From: Balanoglossus misakiensis
Taxonomy: Eukaryota > Animalia > Hemichordata
Length of the DNA stretch: 64,000 bases
Direction of reading: 5' to 3'
NCBI GenBank assembly: GCA_040954595.2
Contig: CM082582.2
Span: forward strand, 4,014,303-4,078,302
Positions 36,401 through 49,151 of the stretch are shown in pieces; position 1 is the stretch's first letter, and every line of letters starts with the position of its first letter. The notes under the pieces were generated by a model. The model searched no databases. It had not been told where the DNA came from and saw nothing but the letters and a program-made list of their open reading frames with translations. Made by a program: the position numbers and the translations under genes.

Positions 36401-39400
36401 TTAGGGGGCGGGGTCACATCTGACATATAACACGCATACATAAACCCGTCCATAGTAGACAAGACACATCGTTTTCCATTCTATTTTTATTTCTAAGTAA
36501 ATTTGGATGGTTTCAAATACTGCACAAAGTAAAATTATGAGAAAGTAAAAAATAAATAAAAGAATGACGACGTGAGGTCGAGCACGTGACGCTCGCTTCA
36601 TGACATAGCCATGACAGTAATGGCGGTCGCAATGCGATGTCGGTCAGTTCGATGTTTCTTGGCAGATCAGTACTGGAATTACAAATGGTGATGAATTTCC
36701 CAAAACCCAAGGGTTTTAAACACTTCTACCGAACTAGTTAACACTTTCAAGTTTTGACAAAATGCCGCGAACGTTTAATGAAGAAGCCGACCATCGGTCG
36801 CAACCTTTTAGCAAGGCTGGCAAAGCTTTGCGGCTGACGAACCGTGCCATTGTCGAGCTGTTTATTTTCACACCTCTTGCGATTGCATCCAAATGATTCA
36901 TACCCGAGGATACAAAACATTAACACTTTCAGAATTAAAACAAAAGGCTAATGGGCGGTAAGGTTGTTTAAAGAAATAACTTTTTAAAAGAGGAAAGTGC
37001 TGTATGATGCCTTCCTTTGACAGCGAGGGCCGTGAATATCAAACAATGATTAAGCAAGGTATACGCCTAGTACAGGTAGACTTTTCGGGGGACACAGAGT
37101 GAGTTCGGATGACGGAACAATGCGGATAATCGACGTGCGGATAATCGACGTTCTACTGTACAACCATTTAGACACTCAATAGACACTCTGGCAGTGTCCT
37201 TGTCTTTCCTTTCCTTTCTTTTCTTTTGTGTATATTCACCGGCCCAATTGGGCCGACAAGATGTGAAAATAACCGGCCCACTATAAATATTTACCTGCCC
37301 GGGGCCGGTGGGCCGGCGTTAAGTTCGAGGCCTGACCCACGCGTGCTGTTTCAGGGTACATACACCTAGAGCAATTCAAAATTCCAGGAGTTTCCAGGAG
37401 ATTTCCAGTAATTTTCCAGGAGTTTTTGTGGTAAAAATGCCATTTTCCAGGATGTTTTACGCAACAAAAAAATTTACTATTACTGTTACATTCACATGCA
37501 CTTGTTATTCTAGTTTAACAAATCATTTAAAGACTTTTGACTGTGATAGTACAAATTTCAATGACCTCCCCATGAAGGCCTAGTAAAACAATTTTCACCA
37601 AGAGATCTCCTAGGTTCCCAAATCATTTAATATATTTGGCTAAAATTTAAGTGACACTCCCTCCCCCACCCTCGGCCGTAAAAACAGAACGGTCCCTAAA
37701 GCAATGATTTCTGTCGTGATAAAATCGACAAATTACCGATGGAAATTACTGTTTTGCTGCTGAAAAAACACACAAAAACGTCTGCCTTTTTTGCTTCTTT
37801 TTGACGTCACTAATTGCCCTTGAACATCGATCTCACGGGTGTCTGCCGCGGCCGTCTGCACAAGTATTCTGCAGACGCGCAGAAACATGGCATGACCTCT
37901 TACAAAAGTTGCTACATCTTTTGTCAAGTTTTAGATATTTTGTTGCGACCGGAATGCTGAGCTGCGTTAGTTGTTGCAAATTGTGCATTACTACGTCAAT
38001 GATACTATTTATAGGACGCCTGTCTAAAGATAACTGGTGCGCTGAGTGAAATGGGCAACGCGTTTCACGATCCGGTGAAATGCGATCGTGACTCGCGGTT
38101 TTCCAGGAGTTTCAAGGAGAAATTTTGAATTTCCAGGAGATTTCAGGAGTTTCCAGGAGGGGTTTCAAATTCCAGGAGTTTCCAGGAGCGTACGAACCCT
38201 GTGTTTACAAGACCGTCGTCGGCCACGGCCGGCGAAACTTTCATACCGTCGCCATTTTGTGCAATGAATTCTGGGTACCGAGCAAGAGTTCAAATAATAA
38301 AGCAGGTCAAATAATGTCGAGCGAACCAAATAATGGCCGAGGTAATGGTCGAGGTAATGTCGAGACCATGACATAAATACCAAATAACCAAATAACGGTA
38401 TAATAATGACATAATAACATAATAATGATGAGAAAACTACCAAATAAAGACATCAGCTATTTTTGGCGGTGTTCTCACCCCATAAGGAAAGAAGGATGAA
38501 ATGATAATGCTTGTCTATACCTTTCGAAACTCATGTTGTCTGTCTCTCTCATTCTCCGTCTCTCGTTGTTGAATTCTTTCTTCTATTTCACGTTGCTTTC
38601 TCTTGGCGTCATAATCTTCTCTTCGGTGGTAATCTGACTCAGATTTCTGTCTTAGTAGTTCCTAAATGACACAAGTAGGGGATTTTTGAAATGATCATTT
38701 CTGTTATAGTTGGCTATCAACTACAACTTGATCGTAACAAATGGATGACCTTGACCTTCAATGGTCCAATTAACAGATTGCTAATTACCTGTGTAAGCAT
38801 TTTCTTCTGTATTTGCAGTTCCATGTTTTTGATCTCGACATCTTCAAGTGCAGACTGTGTTTCTTGCTCTCTAAGCATTACTTTCCTTGCCAGTTCTTCA
38901 TCCAGTCTTTTCAATTCAGTCTCTCTCTGTTCCTTCTCGTGGTGAATAAACTTCCTCCTGGCAGCGTCCAGAAGCTGCATTTCTTTGATACGAAGTTCCC
39001 TCTTCATTGCATTCAATCTAGAGAAAAAGCATTGCAAATACATGTAATTCATTTGTTACTCTTTTCAATATAACTCTTTCACCCCCAGTTCCCACTTACC
39101 TGCACATTGAAGTTTGGGGTAAAAGGTAGAAATATACTCAGTTTTTGTTTTCGGAAGAGGGTTTGATAGTCTATCACATTTTTCACAAAGACATCATTTC
39201 TGTTAGTGTCAGCAAAATGTGAATGTGAATGTAGCAACATCTGAAAATGTAGCGACGCTTGAGTGAGTGTGAAGCAAACATACAAGATGATGGTGGACAA
39301 TTTTGTTGAATTACTAAGGCATCCATTACCTTACTCTCTGATCGACCACCTTCTGTTCTTCTTCCATCAATAATTTACGTCTTTCTTCTTCAGCGTCTCT

Positions 39401-42400
39401 GATCAATTCTTGTTGTCTGTACCACGCCTCCTCTTCTTCGTGTCTTCTCTCCGTTTCTTCTTTCAGTTCCAGTGCTGTTTGTTTCTGTCTCAAGTATTCA
39501 ATTTCATCTTGGCGGATTCTTTCCCTTTCCTGGGCCTGTTACCATAGAAATCAATAAATGATGACATCTGACCAGAAATATGCCAGGGAGGGAATGTGTT
39601 CTCGGACTGTTTTCTATCTGTTCTCAGGGTTCTGCCTAGCTTGACTTGAGTGCTGGCAACTCATTAATATTCATACTCATTAATATTCATACTAGTTAAT
39701 ATTCATACTTATTATATTTTCACATCTGTTGTAAGTCATACTCGGTCATCAATGTATCAAAATGAGACATTTTGCTCTTGTGCCAGTTATATATAAATGT
39801 ATCAATATGGCATTTGTAAACTTTGTGTTCAGTCACATGGCGATTTCCACTGGGTGTTTCGACAGTTACTGGCTATAATCTACATCACTGCATGTCAAAA
39901 CGCCAAATTTTAGCTGAAGTCTGCTCAGCAGGCATTATTAACTCATGCAAAAAGGGCAACATCAAACTGATCTCGACATTACACTCTGGTGAAAAGTGAT
40001 TGAAATGTGTTCAGTAATGGCCCTCCAGCTCACATGCTATCCCTGTCTAAAAATAATAAAATAATAACGCAATAACTGAACCTGATAATCCACGATGAAC
40101 TTGGGATATTTATTGAAGACCGGATACTGTCCTCGTGTGAGTGGTTTGAAATCTTCCAGCATCCGAACAGGATGAATATCTTGAGGAGTTGTGTCTTGGA
40201 TATGATAAGCTTCTTTCAAAACAGTGCCAATATCAATAGAGTTGCGATGGTGAAAGAAATACTGTAAATAAACAATGAAAACTCGTGTTGTAATTTTAAC
40301 TTGATGCATTTACAAAAACTTTACTGTATTAAAAGCTTAATTATGCCAATAGTTACCCACTCATAGCATTTGTCAGGATGGCCAATTTTCACACACAAAA
40401 AATAAAATATTGTCAGTGTTTCTGTTAAGGCAAGTACCCATGTAAATATTACCATGTCCTCAGTCATTTTAACTGGCTTTCCTCTTAGTATATCAATGCA
40501 GTCATTTTAATGGGTGGCTGAAGTGTTTACGACAAGGCTTCCCAAATAATTTAGGAGTGTTCCCAAACCCACAGTCCCATTACCTGTGATAGAGGGACTG
40601 TGCCCAACTTTAGCAAAAATGTAATTGTAATATATGTGAAGGGACAACACACATGTATGGGCATAAACCTATTACAACTTTCATTACAATTATTACTGAG
40701 TAATACATGTCAACATTATCTGCAAATGGGCCCAGATATTCGACTGATTCAGTAAATATGACTCATGAACTCATATTAGTTATCTAGAATGTTCCATAAT
40801 TGACACGAGCAGATTTGATTTTGCAGTAACCTTCAATGCAATGCAGATGGGACCCACTAAGTGATGCAGTGAATAGGAGAAAGTGTAGTCTTGTACAGTC
40901 AGCAAGAAAACCAATGGTGAAAGAAAGAAAAATATTCGAAGATTTGAACAAGTTTTACTGAAAGTGTGATGAGAATACGTGGCCTTGAAAATATCAAACT
41001 CAAAATCCTCTTCTCAAATCATCTGCAAGGTGTACTTTCTATCTGATTTCAGACTCCCTTGCTAGCTGCTCTGAAATGTACACTATGTAGCAGATGTGAG
41101 ATTTCCTATTACAAGATACAGCTATGTTCGAAAATGTTTACAGAAATGTCATTTTCCTTAACTCCTCATACCATATATCTGACACATGGGCCACAATTGT
41201 TTGGGAATTCTGAACTTAGAAAAAAAAAACTTTAAATAGTCAGATTGGTGGGTTGTAGCTATGAGAATACAATATCATCATACATTGACAACTACAGTGT
41301 ACATGTACATGTGTGACAAACATCAAAATCTTACTTCAAAATCTTCCTTGTTGGTGCACTGTAAGAGAGCCTGTCTGGATGAGATCACATAGGCAACCAC
41401 AGCAAGCAATAAGAATGAGGGATGATTTGAGAAGACGTTGTCCCACAGTTTCAACCATTCATCTTTGGTCAACACTTCTGAGAAGAGAGTTTCCAGCAGT
41501 GGCCATGCATACACCTGTGTACAAAACAATGTCATGTAAGGCATTAACTCTACCTCCTTCTCACCCCAATTCTGGCTGAATAAATAGGTTTTCACTTTGC
41601 GCTAGGGGGTAAAATCAATTGCATTCTGGTCGAAAAGTCGACAACCACTGTAGTAAGAGATATAAGAAAATGATATGTTTACTGTAATTCATGACTTCCT
41701 CTATTGGTCAAACATGTCTGTCTTTGTAGTTAGCATATAAAACTCATTAAACTTTTTTCATATTTTGTTATTTTTTCTGTTACAAAGTGTCAGAATGACC
41801 CATCATCACTTTAGCTTATGAACTCCCATTTCTTAAACATGGCAAAATTCGGGCATCTTGAAATAGTGTCGACCATATGAGATTTTCATCACTCACTTAG
41901 GTAGCAAAAACATATCGGTCGGGAGAATTATCCTGTATTTGGGCCCAACCACTCCATTCAAAACACCGGGGTGACACCAACCATTGGAAGTGAAAGGGGT
42001 CAGCAAGTAAAAGGCAAATACATGAGAATGCAACAAACAAACAGAAGGATATCTTTTCGTGGGACTGAATCATAGAAAGTTCTAAGTGAAGAGCTTTAGT
42101 AAAGTGAATGGGCAAATCTCAAATAATGAATGTTTATCTTAAAATGAGAAACAAACCTGGGTTGTGATGTTGTATCTGACGAAATGTTGCAATACTTCCT
42201 TGTCGTGATATGCCAGCACATTCTCCACAATTGACAAGACGTTGATGGGGGGATTAGGGAAGAACTCAAACCAATGTTGACACCAATTGACTGCCAAATC
42301 AAATCGTTTGGAAAAGGTGAATGAATATGAAAGGGAAAGAAACGTCAACCATAGAACACAACAATTGAAATCTACATTAAAGGTATACAGTCACCTCTAA

Positions 42401-45400
42401 ATTGCATACACCCATATATGGGTGAAATTGAGTATTTGAGTGTTCTAAAGAACATATGGTGGCGCTCTTTTTTTCGCGTGTGCCACCCACTGATAATCTG
42501 TGATTGGCTAGATCCCAATTTGCTATGGTAACTATAGTTATTTTTCCACAGGTGACCGTATACCTTTAATGAACAGTTCAGAACTTGTAAAATGCCTTTT
42601 CTATTAACACACAATATGCAAACAGTAATGTTATTAAAATGTACAATGTAAGTGAGTGCACACTTCTATTAACTCAATCGTTCCAATGATTTTATTAACT
42701 GAGATTTTGTGTCGTACACATAAATCCCTAAAGCTTTCTTCACAGACCAGACTTTGATCTGTTGACAGAGAACATACTCGCATACATGTTAGCAGTGAAA
42801 CATACAGCAAGCTATCCACGGTTATATTCCAGTGTACCAGTATGTCTCAGTGGTCAGTTCCCACTCTTTGAAATGCTGGCTTTTGTTGGAGAGGAAAATA
42901 AATATGCAGGAAGACTCACCTAAGATGGTTGCAACCACTTCGAAACAAACCAACTGATTGTTTTGAAAGAGCTTGACGAATGGAAATGCAAACAGAGGCA
43001 GATAATCTGTTTCACCAAAGATGGCCGACCAGTGAGCCAAGCCAGATAAAGTCCTGGGGATGAATGACACAAGCAAGAAATGTCAATGATTGTAGGCAGA
43101 TGGCCTTCAAACAACTATGATGTTCAAAATTATCATGCACGAGTATTAATAACATTCTCATCATTTTAGTTGTACCAAATATTCAAGGTGCTACAATTTT
43201 TTTTTAATATGGGACATTTTGTTGCTATTTCTTTTTCAATCTCAGTGCCATTATACTCTGACATGCATAAACTGATTTCATTCAAACTTGCAACAAGGAC
43301 AATATTATGACATCATATACATGTCAATACATGTTGTGATGCATCTGTCATTCTTTTTTTCATGTCCAGTGATACTGTTCAGATGGTGATATTGTTTTGT
43401 GATACAATCCAATGTGGTGCCTGGTGGTCGTTTTGTTATACATGTAATCTTTCTCATGTGCCATTGCTGATTAATTCTCATTCACCACAACTTCATGTAA
43501 TGTTCATGGGAAAAGTTATCGCCACTTCATACTTGATGCTATACCAGAAGACCAGCATCAAGGTAAATGCTTACTACTAAAATAAACATAAGCGAGAACA
43601 TTTACAAAAGTTCACAAAACTTGGCAGTGACAGTCAAACAGACTTGAATGATATGAAAACAATCCAGCTCTAGGACAAATAGTACATCCCTGTGCACTAT
43701 ACATGCAAACCCACTTTCAAACTCACCTCTGTAGAACTCTGAGAAGTTTTCTACTTTTGATTGGGTACTGTTCATGCAATGTGGCCCATGCAATATGAGT
43801 GCCTTTATCAATCAGACTGCTGTAAGCTGCATGGTTTTCTGGAAGTCGCATCAGTGATCTCCATATAAACATTCTGCATCAAAACAGAGAGACATATCAA
43901 TCATTTGGTTGTGCCATTTAACTATAAATTATACTTAAAAAGAGTATCTGTCACTTTTCAGTTTGATTTATGCCATTGACAACTTTAGGATAACAGTTTT
44001 ACAGACAAATCGAAAAGTCTCACTCCAAAAATTTCAATTACACAGCCTATTTTACTTTGCTGTTTTCACATGGTAAAGAGTTCACGGAAAATATTGTTTG
44101 CCCAGTTTTATTATATTCATTGGAATAACTGAAGATTTACATTTCCTTGGTTATTTGGCCCCAAAGGTTCTGATGAGCAGCAAAGCCTGCAATTGATCAA
44201 TTATATCTCCAATCAAAATTAACCAATTGCAGTCCTTTCAGCTACTGGCCTTGTACTGACAAGACACATACCTGATAGTATTGAAATCATTGGCATATCA
44301 GTAAAAAGCACAAATTAATGTTACTTTATTAGTTTACTCATGTGGCCATTTTACAAGTATGCATGTAAAAAACTACATATGTACAGGAAATTTAAGGTGA
44401 AGTCAGTTCCTTAATGAGTCGAAATTAAAAAAAATTGTTTGTGAAAAGTATTAAATCTACAAAAAAAAAGAAAACTTTTTACCTGTACTTAGATGGGTAC
44501 TCTCCATAACCCTTCAATATAGATAGCAATCTATCCATATCTAAGCCTTCTGGCAAATCAGTTATCTGCAATTCACACAGAATAAGGTCATGTTTATTGC
44601 GCCCACGTTCTTTTAAAAATCTCCTATGAATAATGTAAATTTGGTGGCACAGTTACTTTATTCACCCATAGTATGAGCATTTATAAACTGGTGGTGGTAC
44701 TAGTAGTAGCAGTGGCGATGGCGGTGGTGGTGTGGGTGGTGGTGGTAGTGTTGGGAAAGAGGAAGAGAAGGATGAAGTCTGCTTCTTTCAGTTTCTCTTA
44801 AAACCTGGATCACTGCAAAGGATTTTTCCTATGATACCTGAAACAAGCTGTGTCTTTTCAACTTTTGTCAAGATAAACTTCCTTGTCCGAGTCCTACCAA
44901 CCTACCTCTGTGCTATCACTGATCTGTCTTCCTCTGATGCCAGAGCCAATCAGGCGAGACTTCTTCTTGTCTTTCGTATCTACGGTAACTGTTTCTCTCG
45001 GAGTGACAGATCTCAATGTTCTTGATGAGTCAGAAGATCGGTCTTTACTGGACAGAACTTTTACCAGAGGTGGAGGAGGCTAAATACAAACAAATTTCAC
45101 GCTTTATTTTCATAAATCACACAAATGTACAAGTAACATGTTTTCCATACGAATTGTCAAACTGTCACATTTTAAAAAGCAAATAATATATATTTTAAAA
45201 TGCTGACATTTGACATTAGGTATGTAAGCTTACCTTATTGAGTTCTGCTGTCAGCGCTTGCACACTGTGCATATTAACATTCCCACTCTCAGTAACAGCG
45301 ATCACAAATCGACCATGTGAACTAACGCTCACATTATGGATCCTATCATCCAGGGTACCAATATCGAACAACAGTTTACACGTATGCACATTGATAAACC

Positions 45401-48400
45401 TCATGATACCATCTTGGCTAAGCACACCAATCACCTACAAAAAATATAATCATGTCAGAATGTACATACACCTGTTGAAAAATCTCTTCCAAAATAAAGG
45501 ATCCAGATGGCAATATTTTATTCAGACTAGAGAACAGCAAATAATCTCAGAGTTACCTATATTTCACATCAAATTCCCCAAAATATGTATAATTGAAAAA
45601 CAGACTGGTGTTTTGTTGACAAGTGTCTTCACATACCTGACTTGAACCACCATCAAAACTCTCTGACAAGAACTCCACTTGCTTGACTACCTTGACTTTA
45701 GCTGGTAGTTCAATGATTCGTAGAAGTCTCCTAGTATCCAAAGCCCAGATATGCAAAAATCGGGATTTGCCACCGGCTACTAATAATCGGCCATCCCTGG
45801 AAATAAAAAGGATATATGTATATAATAAGACCTGGAGATTCAGGAATGAAGAATGACATTGTACGTCAATTACAGATACAACAAAGCATGAAAGATTTGA
45901 AAAGATATATTGTTGGCACAAGAAGGTTTTTTTTCTCTACAAACTTAAGATGATCAGTAAAACTTAATTGAAATTAGTTATTAGCCATCATTTTTTTTCT
46001 TTCAACCTGCTTAAAGACACAAAGATATTTGATATGTTGCAAAAACTACTACAGTATGTAATAAAGGTATTTACAAATTATACCCGCAGCTAGGTTTGGT
46101 TAAACATCAGAAAATCAGTCACCCATCTTTTGGCAAAATAATCCAACTCCTTTATCACATGAAATGAAAATCATCAAATTATTATATGTAATAATATGGA
46201 AAGATACATGTTGAACTATGTCCCTTTAGATATCATTAAAGGTACACGTATCTTACCTAGGGGTGGCAAATGCTTTGTACCCTGGTTTTTTACCAGGTGG
46301 GATGGTGAGTTGATATTTGCACTGCAGTGTGTCAGACTCCCAGGCAAAGATGGAATCATCCTTGAAGCATGTCATAATGGTGTTACTCAAAGGCAGGAAG
46401 AAAACCTGGTAGGGAAACATACAAAAATCATAACTAAGTTTACCGGCGTTGGTATACCAAATTCTAACATCCGCTTGTAATCCAAAGCAGGCAACATTAC
46501 ATCGACAGTTTATGCAGTCAGATCTAATCAGATCTTTTCCTACAAGGATAACCTTTGAAATACCTGAGAGGGATGAAGAGAAATCAGCTAAATATATGAC
46601 AAATAGGCCTACTCTGAATAAAACATTGCGTGCAGACATCTGCAGTGTGTTTTCTATAGAAAACAGACAAGGGATTTGTCACGTGATTGTGGTACAAAAA
46701 AAATAAACATGGGTGAGTGCATTCATAGAAATATTCAAATTTCTATGACCGTTTCACCCAAGGTTTGTCTGTACATGTACTGTGGTGCATTTGAAATCTG
46801 GGTTACACCTACATGTACATGTATTCCAATACAAGTATCTTAAGGTACATCTAGTTGGTTATTTAAGGATTGAAAGTTATTGTCTCGTACCTTTAGAATT
46901 CCAACTGCTTCTCTGACATTCAATTTCCTCTTTCTTTCAAAAGTATCCAGATCCCAGAGTTGAGCAATGTCATTGGATGTAGTGAGAGCATATCGACCTG
47001 ACGCATGAATGGAGATAGTGTGGATGGGAGTGCTGTGGCCTTTCATCCAACTCACCAACTCTCTGGTATCTATGAGAGGAAAAATAACAGAACGCTATCA
47101 CATGTACATCAACAACATAGTAATTATAGGGGACATCAGCTATAACTTTTGAGATTTCAAAACTTGTCTTCTAAATTATGTATACCATACTACATGTAGA
47201 CTCTAGAGATTCTACAATGTAGGGTCTATGATTATACCAAGTACATCATTGACTATTTAGTTTACCTGTATCGTAACACTTCAGAGAACAATCCGAGAGA
47301 GCCACCAAGAACTCTGTTTTTCTTCTCATTGTAAAGGCCAAGGCAGTACATGCCAATCCTGTCCGCTGTACCAACTGAAACCTACCCAGAAAATGAATTC
47401 ATAGAAATCAATCAAACAACTTGTACATAATTTTGATATCTTTTCAGACTCAGACTTATCACAGACATTGCTACTCTTACAGAAGGAACTCTTCAATGAT
47501 CATAATATAAACATAGTGTCAAGGACACTTTGGTCCCATTTGCGGATTGCACAGAAGTAGGTCTACACACAAAAATCACATGTTAAATTGGCAAGCAGAC
47601 ATAACCCACTCACATACATACAGACGGACAGACACTCACTCACTCACTTTGACCTGGTATGTGGATGATCAACGTCATTGTAACATCTTGTCTTATTGGC
47701 ATAACCAATCTCAAAAGTTTATAAGCAGAAGAAATCTGATTACAACAAAGATCAGTGATAAACATGACTGCATACCTGTTTCTGAGCAGATCAAAGACAT
47801 AGATACTTCCTTGGTGATCACCTGCTATGAAACGATCTCCACTGCTATCAAATGCTGTATGTAAAAATCTGACACTGCGACTTTGAAGTGAAAATGGACT
47901 GGCAATGTCACGATTTATCTGGACCATTAACCTACAAAACAAAACCATAATTAATCTTAGTAAGATACACAAAGGACCTGGGATATTATTTCTCACAGTC
48001 CACTCATTGGGATATTGTGTCCCACAGTCCACACCCGCCTGTGGTTTGTGTACATGTATGTGTCACAAAAATCCCTACCTCTTGTAAGAAATATGATCCC
48101 AGGTCCTTGTAAGTATTAGTTTCTATTCTCAATCAAGTCTCTCGTTTTGCAGTTTTCAAAATTTCACTAGAAAAGACTACCACACAACACAAATGCTAGT
48201 CTCCACTTCCGACCAAATGAAAGTGAAATGATGTGCAGCTGAGACCTTCTCTAGGTAAATTGCACTGCATTTTCCATCCGAAGTCCCTGGCCTGAGCTAA
48301 GTTTTGTTTGGTACATATTTCATCAGTTCAAACAGCATGATAGTAATGGATTGGCTAACGATAAGACTGGAAGACACTTACCCATCGTCGCTGGATGGCG

Positions 48401-48458
48401 TGGGCTTCCGTTGCCATATTTTCCCAGATTCTTTCTTACTTACGTCCAAAGTCTGCAT
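30478..48458 (-). CDS. TBC1D31: TBC1 domain family member 31 (WDR67): WD40 + TBC + coiled coil, multi-exon
   Basis: MQTLDVSKKESGKIWQRKP; AFDSSGDRFIAGDHQGSIYVFDL; VSWMKGH...AQLWDLDTFERKRKLN; VFFLPLSNTI; GVLSQDGIMRFIN; LAHWSAIFGETDYLP; NWCQHWFEFFPNPPIN; YAWPLLETLFSEVL; stop at 30480-30478. Confidence 0.95.
31280..31880 (+). mobile_element. Decayed Gypsy (Gmr1-like) LTR retrotransposon fragment: SCAN-like gag, zinc knuckle, protease remnant
   Basis: YELVPEAYRQTFRN...LFDRWL...LRELMLIEEFKQCV...AATLADEYALTHK, then CAYCKKKGHLISEC (CCHC) and LISGSVIKVGVRPTLP...LLGN across stops and frameshifts. Possible LTR start tgttacga at ~30749. Confidence 0.8.
33994..34162. mobile_element. CTGTAAAAC MITE copy with TA TSD
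   Basis: TA-ctgtaaaacaggcaactttt ... aaaatttcccgttttacag-TA. Confidence 0.8.
34430..34785. repeat. Subterminal tandem sub-repeats (ccattacctcga/ccattatttgg-type ~12-mers) with a ~230 bp internal duplication unique to the left arm
   Basis: gatgtctttatttgg.agttttctcatcatt and tggtatttatgtcatggtctcgacattacc each occur twice in the left arm but once in the right arm. Confidence 0.75.
34893..35742. mobile_element. 850 bp hAT-like MITE (CAGGG termini, 5-bp TSD) nested in left arm
   Basis: AAACA-cagggttcatac ... gtatgtaccctg-AAACA; many subterminal (a)ctcctggaaa repeats. Confidence 0.8.
36323..37158. mobile_element. 836 bp pogo/Tigger-like MITE with TA TSD in the foldback spacer
   Basis: TA-cagtagaacgtcgattatccg ... 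cggataatcgacgttctactg-TA (21-bp perfect TIR). Confidence 0.85.
37352..38201. mobile_element. Mirror copy of the 850 bp hAT-like MITE in right arm
   Basis: TGTTT-cagggtacatac ... gtacgaaccctg-TGTTT, reverse complement of 34893-35742 including the TSD. Confidence 0.8.
39660..39712. repeat. 16-bp tandem repeat x3 (ctcattaatattcata)
   Basis: ctcattaatattcata ctcattaatattcata ctagttaatattcata. Confidence 0.8.
41570..41910. repeat. Inverted copy of the repeat at 1-360
   Basis: Reverse-complement alignment by eye to the window start. Confidence 0.85.
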
Positions 48459-49151
48459 TTTCAGATGTTTTCTGACGATTGCATGGACAACCAAACGTTC
48501 ACTGTGTGTACATGTATGCACTCAAAACAAATCTGGACTTGTTCTGGACTTGTCTGTCGTCTCTGATTTTTCTTATGAAACCCTTCTTAGAATAATCTTT
48601 GGATAATCCGGTGTGGTCGACGCAATATTCTTTTTCTATTGGCGTCTTATAATCGTATAAATAACCACAAATATTAAGAAATATCGTTCGTTTGAATAAT
48701 TTTCACCCTTCTGTGACAAGAGCTTCCGTTTCAAAATACCGCCACTGGGGTCAATATTTGCATCATGGGAAAGGTCACCGCTCACAGCCTGGGAGGTCAT
48801 GAGAAGGTCACCTTGGTCATGAGGGTAGTTGATAGAAAAATAATTCCACAAGTTAACAACGTAGTTCCCGTTCCTCTGAAATTTGATGGTAATCATAATA
48901 TAAACGATCTGTAAAAGAAACCGGCAAGTAAAAATTTGTTACATTCCAAAACAAGGCACCATTCTGCAGATATGCTGATTCATTTATGAAATTTACGTCG
49001 TTCAAATCGAGGCAAAGCGGAAGTTAATTTGTTGTCTGCATCTTTATGCCACGTCAGTTTTCCTTGCCGTATTTTCACGCTGCGTTTCATCATACGCCAG
49101 GTTTTTCGCTGCAGTTCCACCGAGTAGGTTGTACTATCGACTGATCCAGCC
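48459..49151. promoter_or_regulatory. Shared bidirectional promoter region TBC1D31/DERL1
   Basis: Divergent ATGs are ~690 bp apart; CpG-enriched sequence near each start. Confidence 0.6.

Larger units (their letters stand above)
34382..38484. mobile_element. 4.1 kb non-autonomous foldback DNA element with very long TIRs (left arm 34382-35869, right arm 37225-38484), IS3EU-like termini
   Basis: Begins TATGGGGTGAGAACACCGCC and ends GGCGGTGTTCTCACCCCATA. Direct repeat AGGAAA at 34376-34381 and 38485-38490 (6-bp TSD). The ORF track shows mirror-image ORFs in the two arms. Confidence 0.88.

Noticed and set aside
34506-38443. Mirror-image ORFs (82-93 aa) in both foldback arms
   Set aside because: By-products of the inverted repeat and tandem sub-repeats; no recognisable transposase or other domain.
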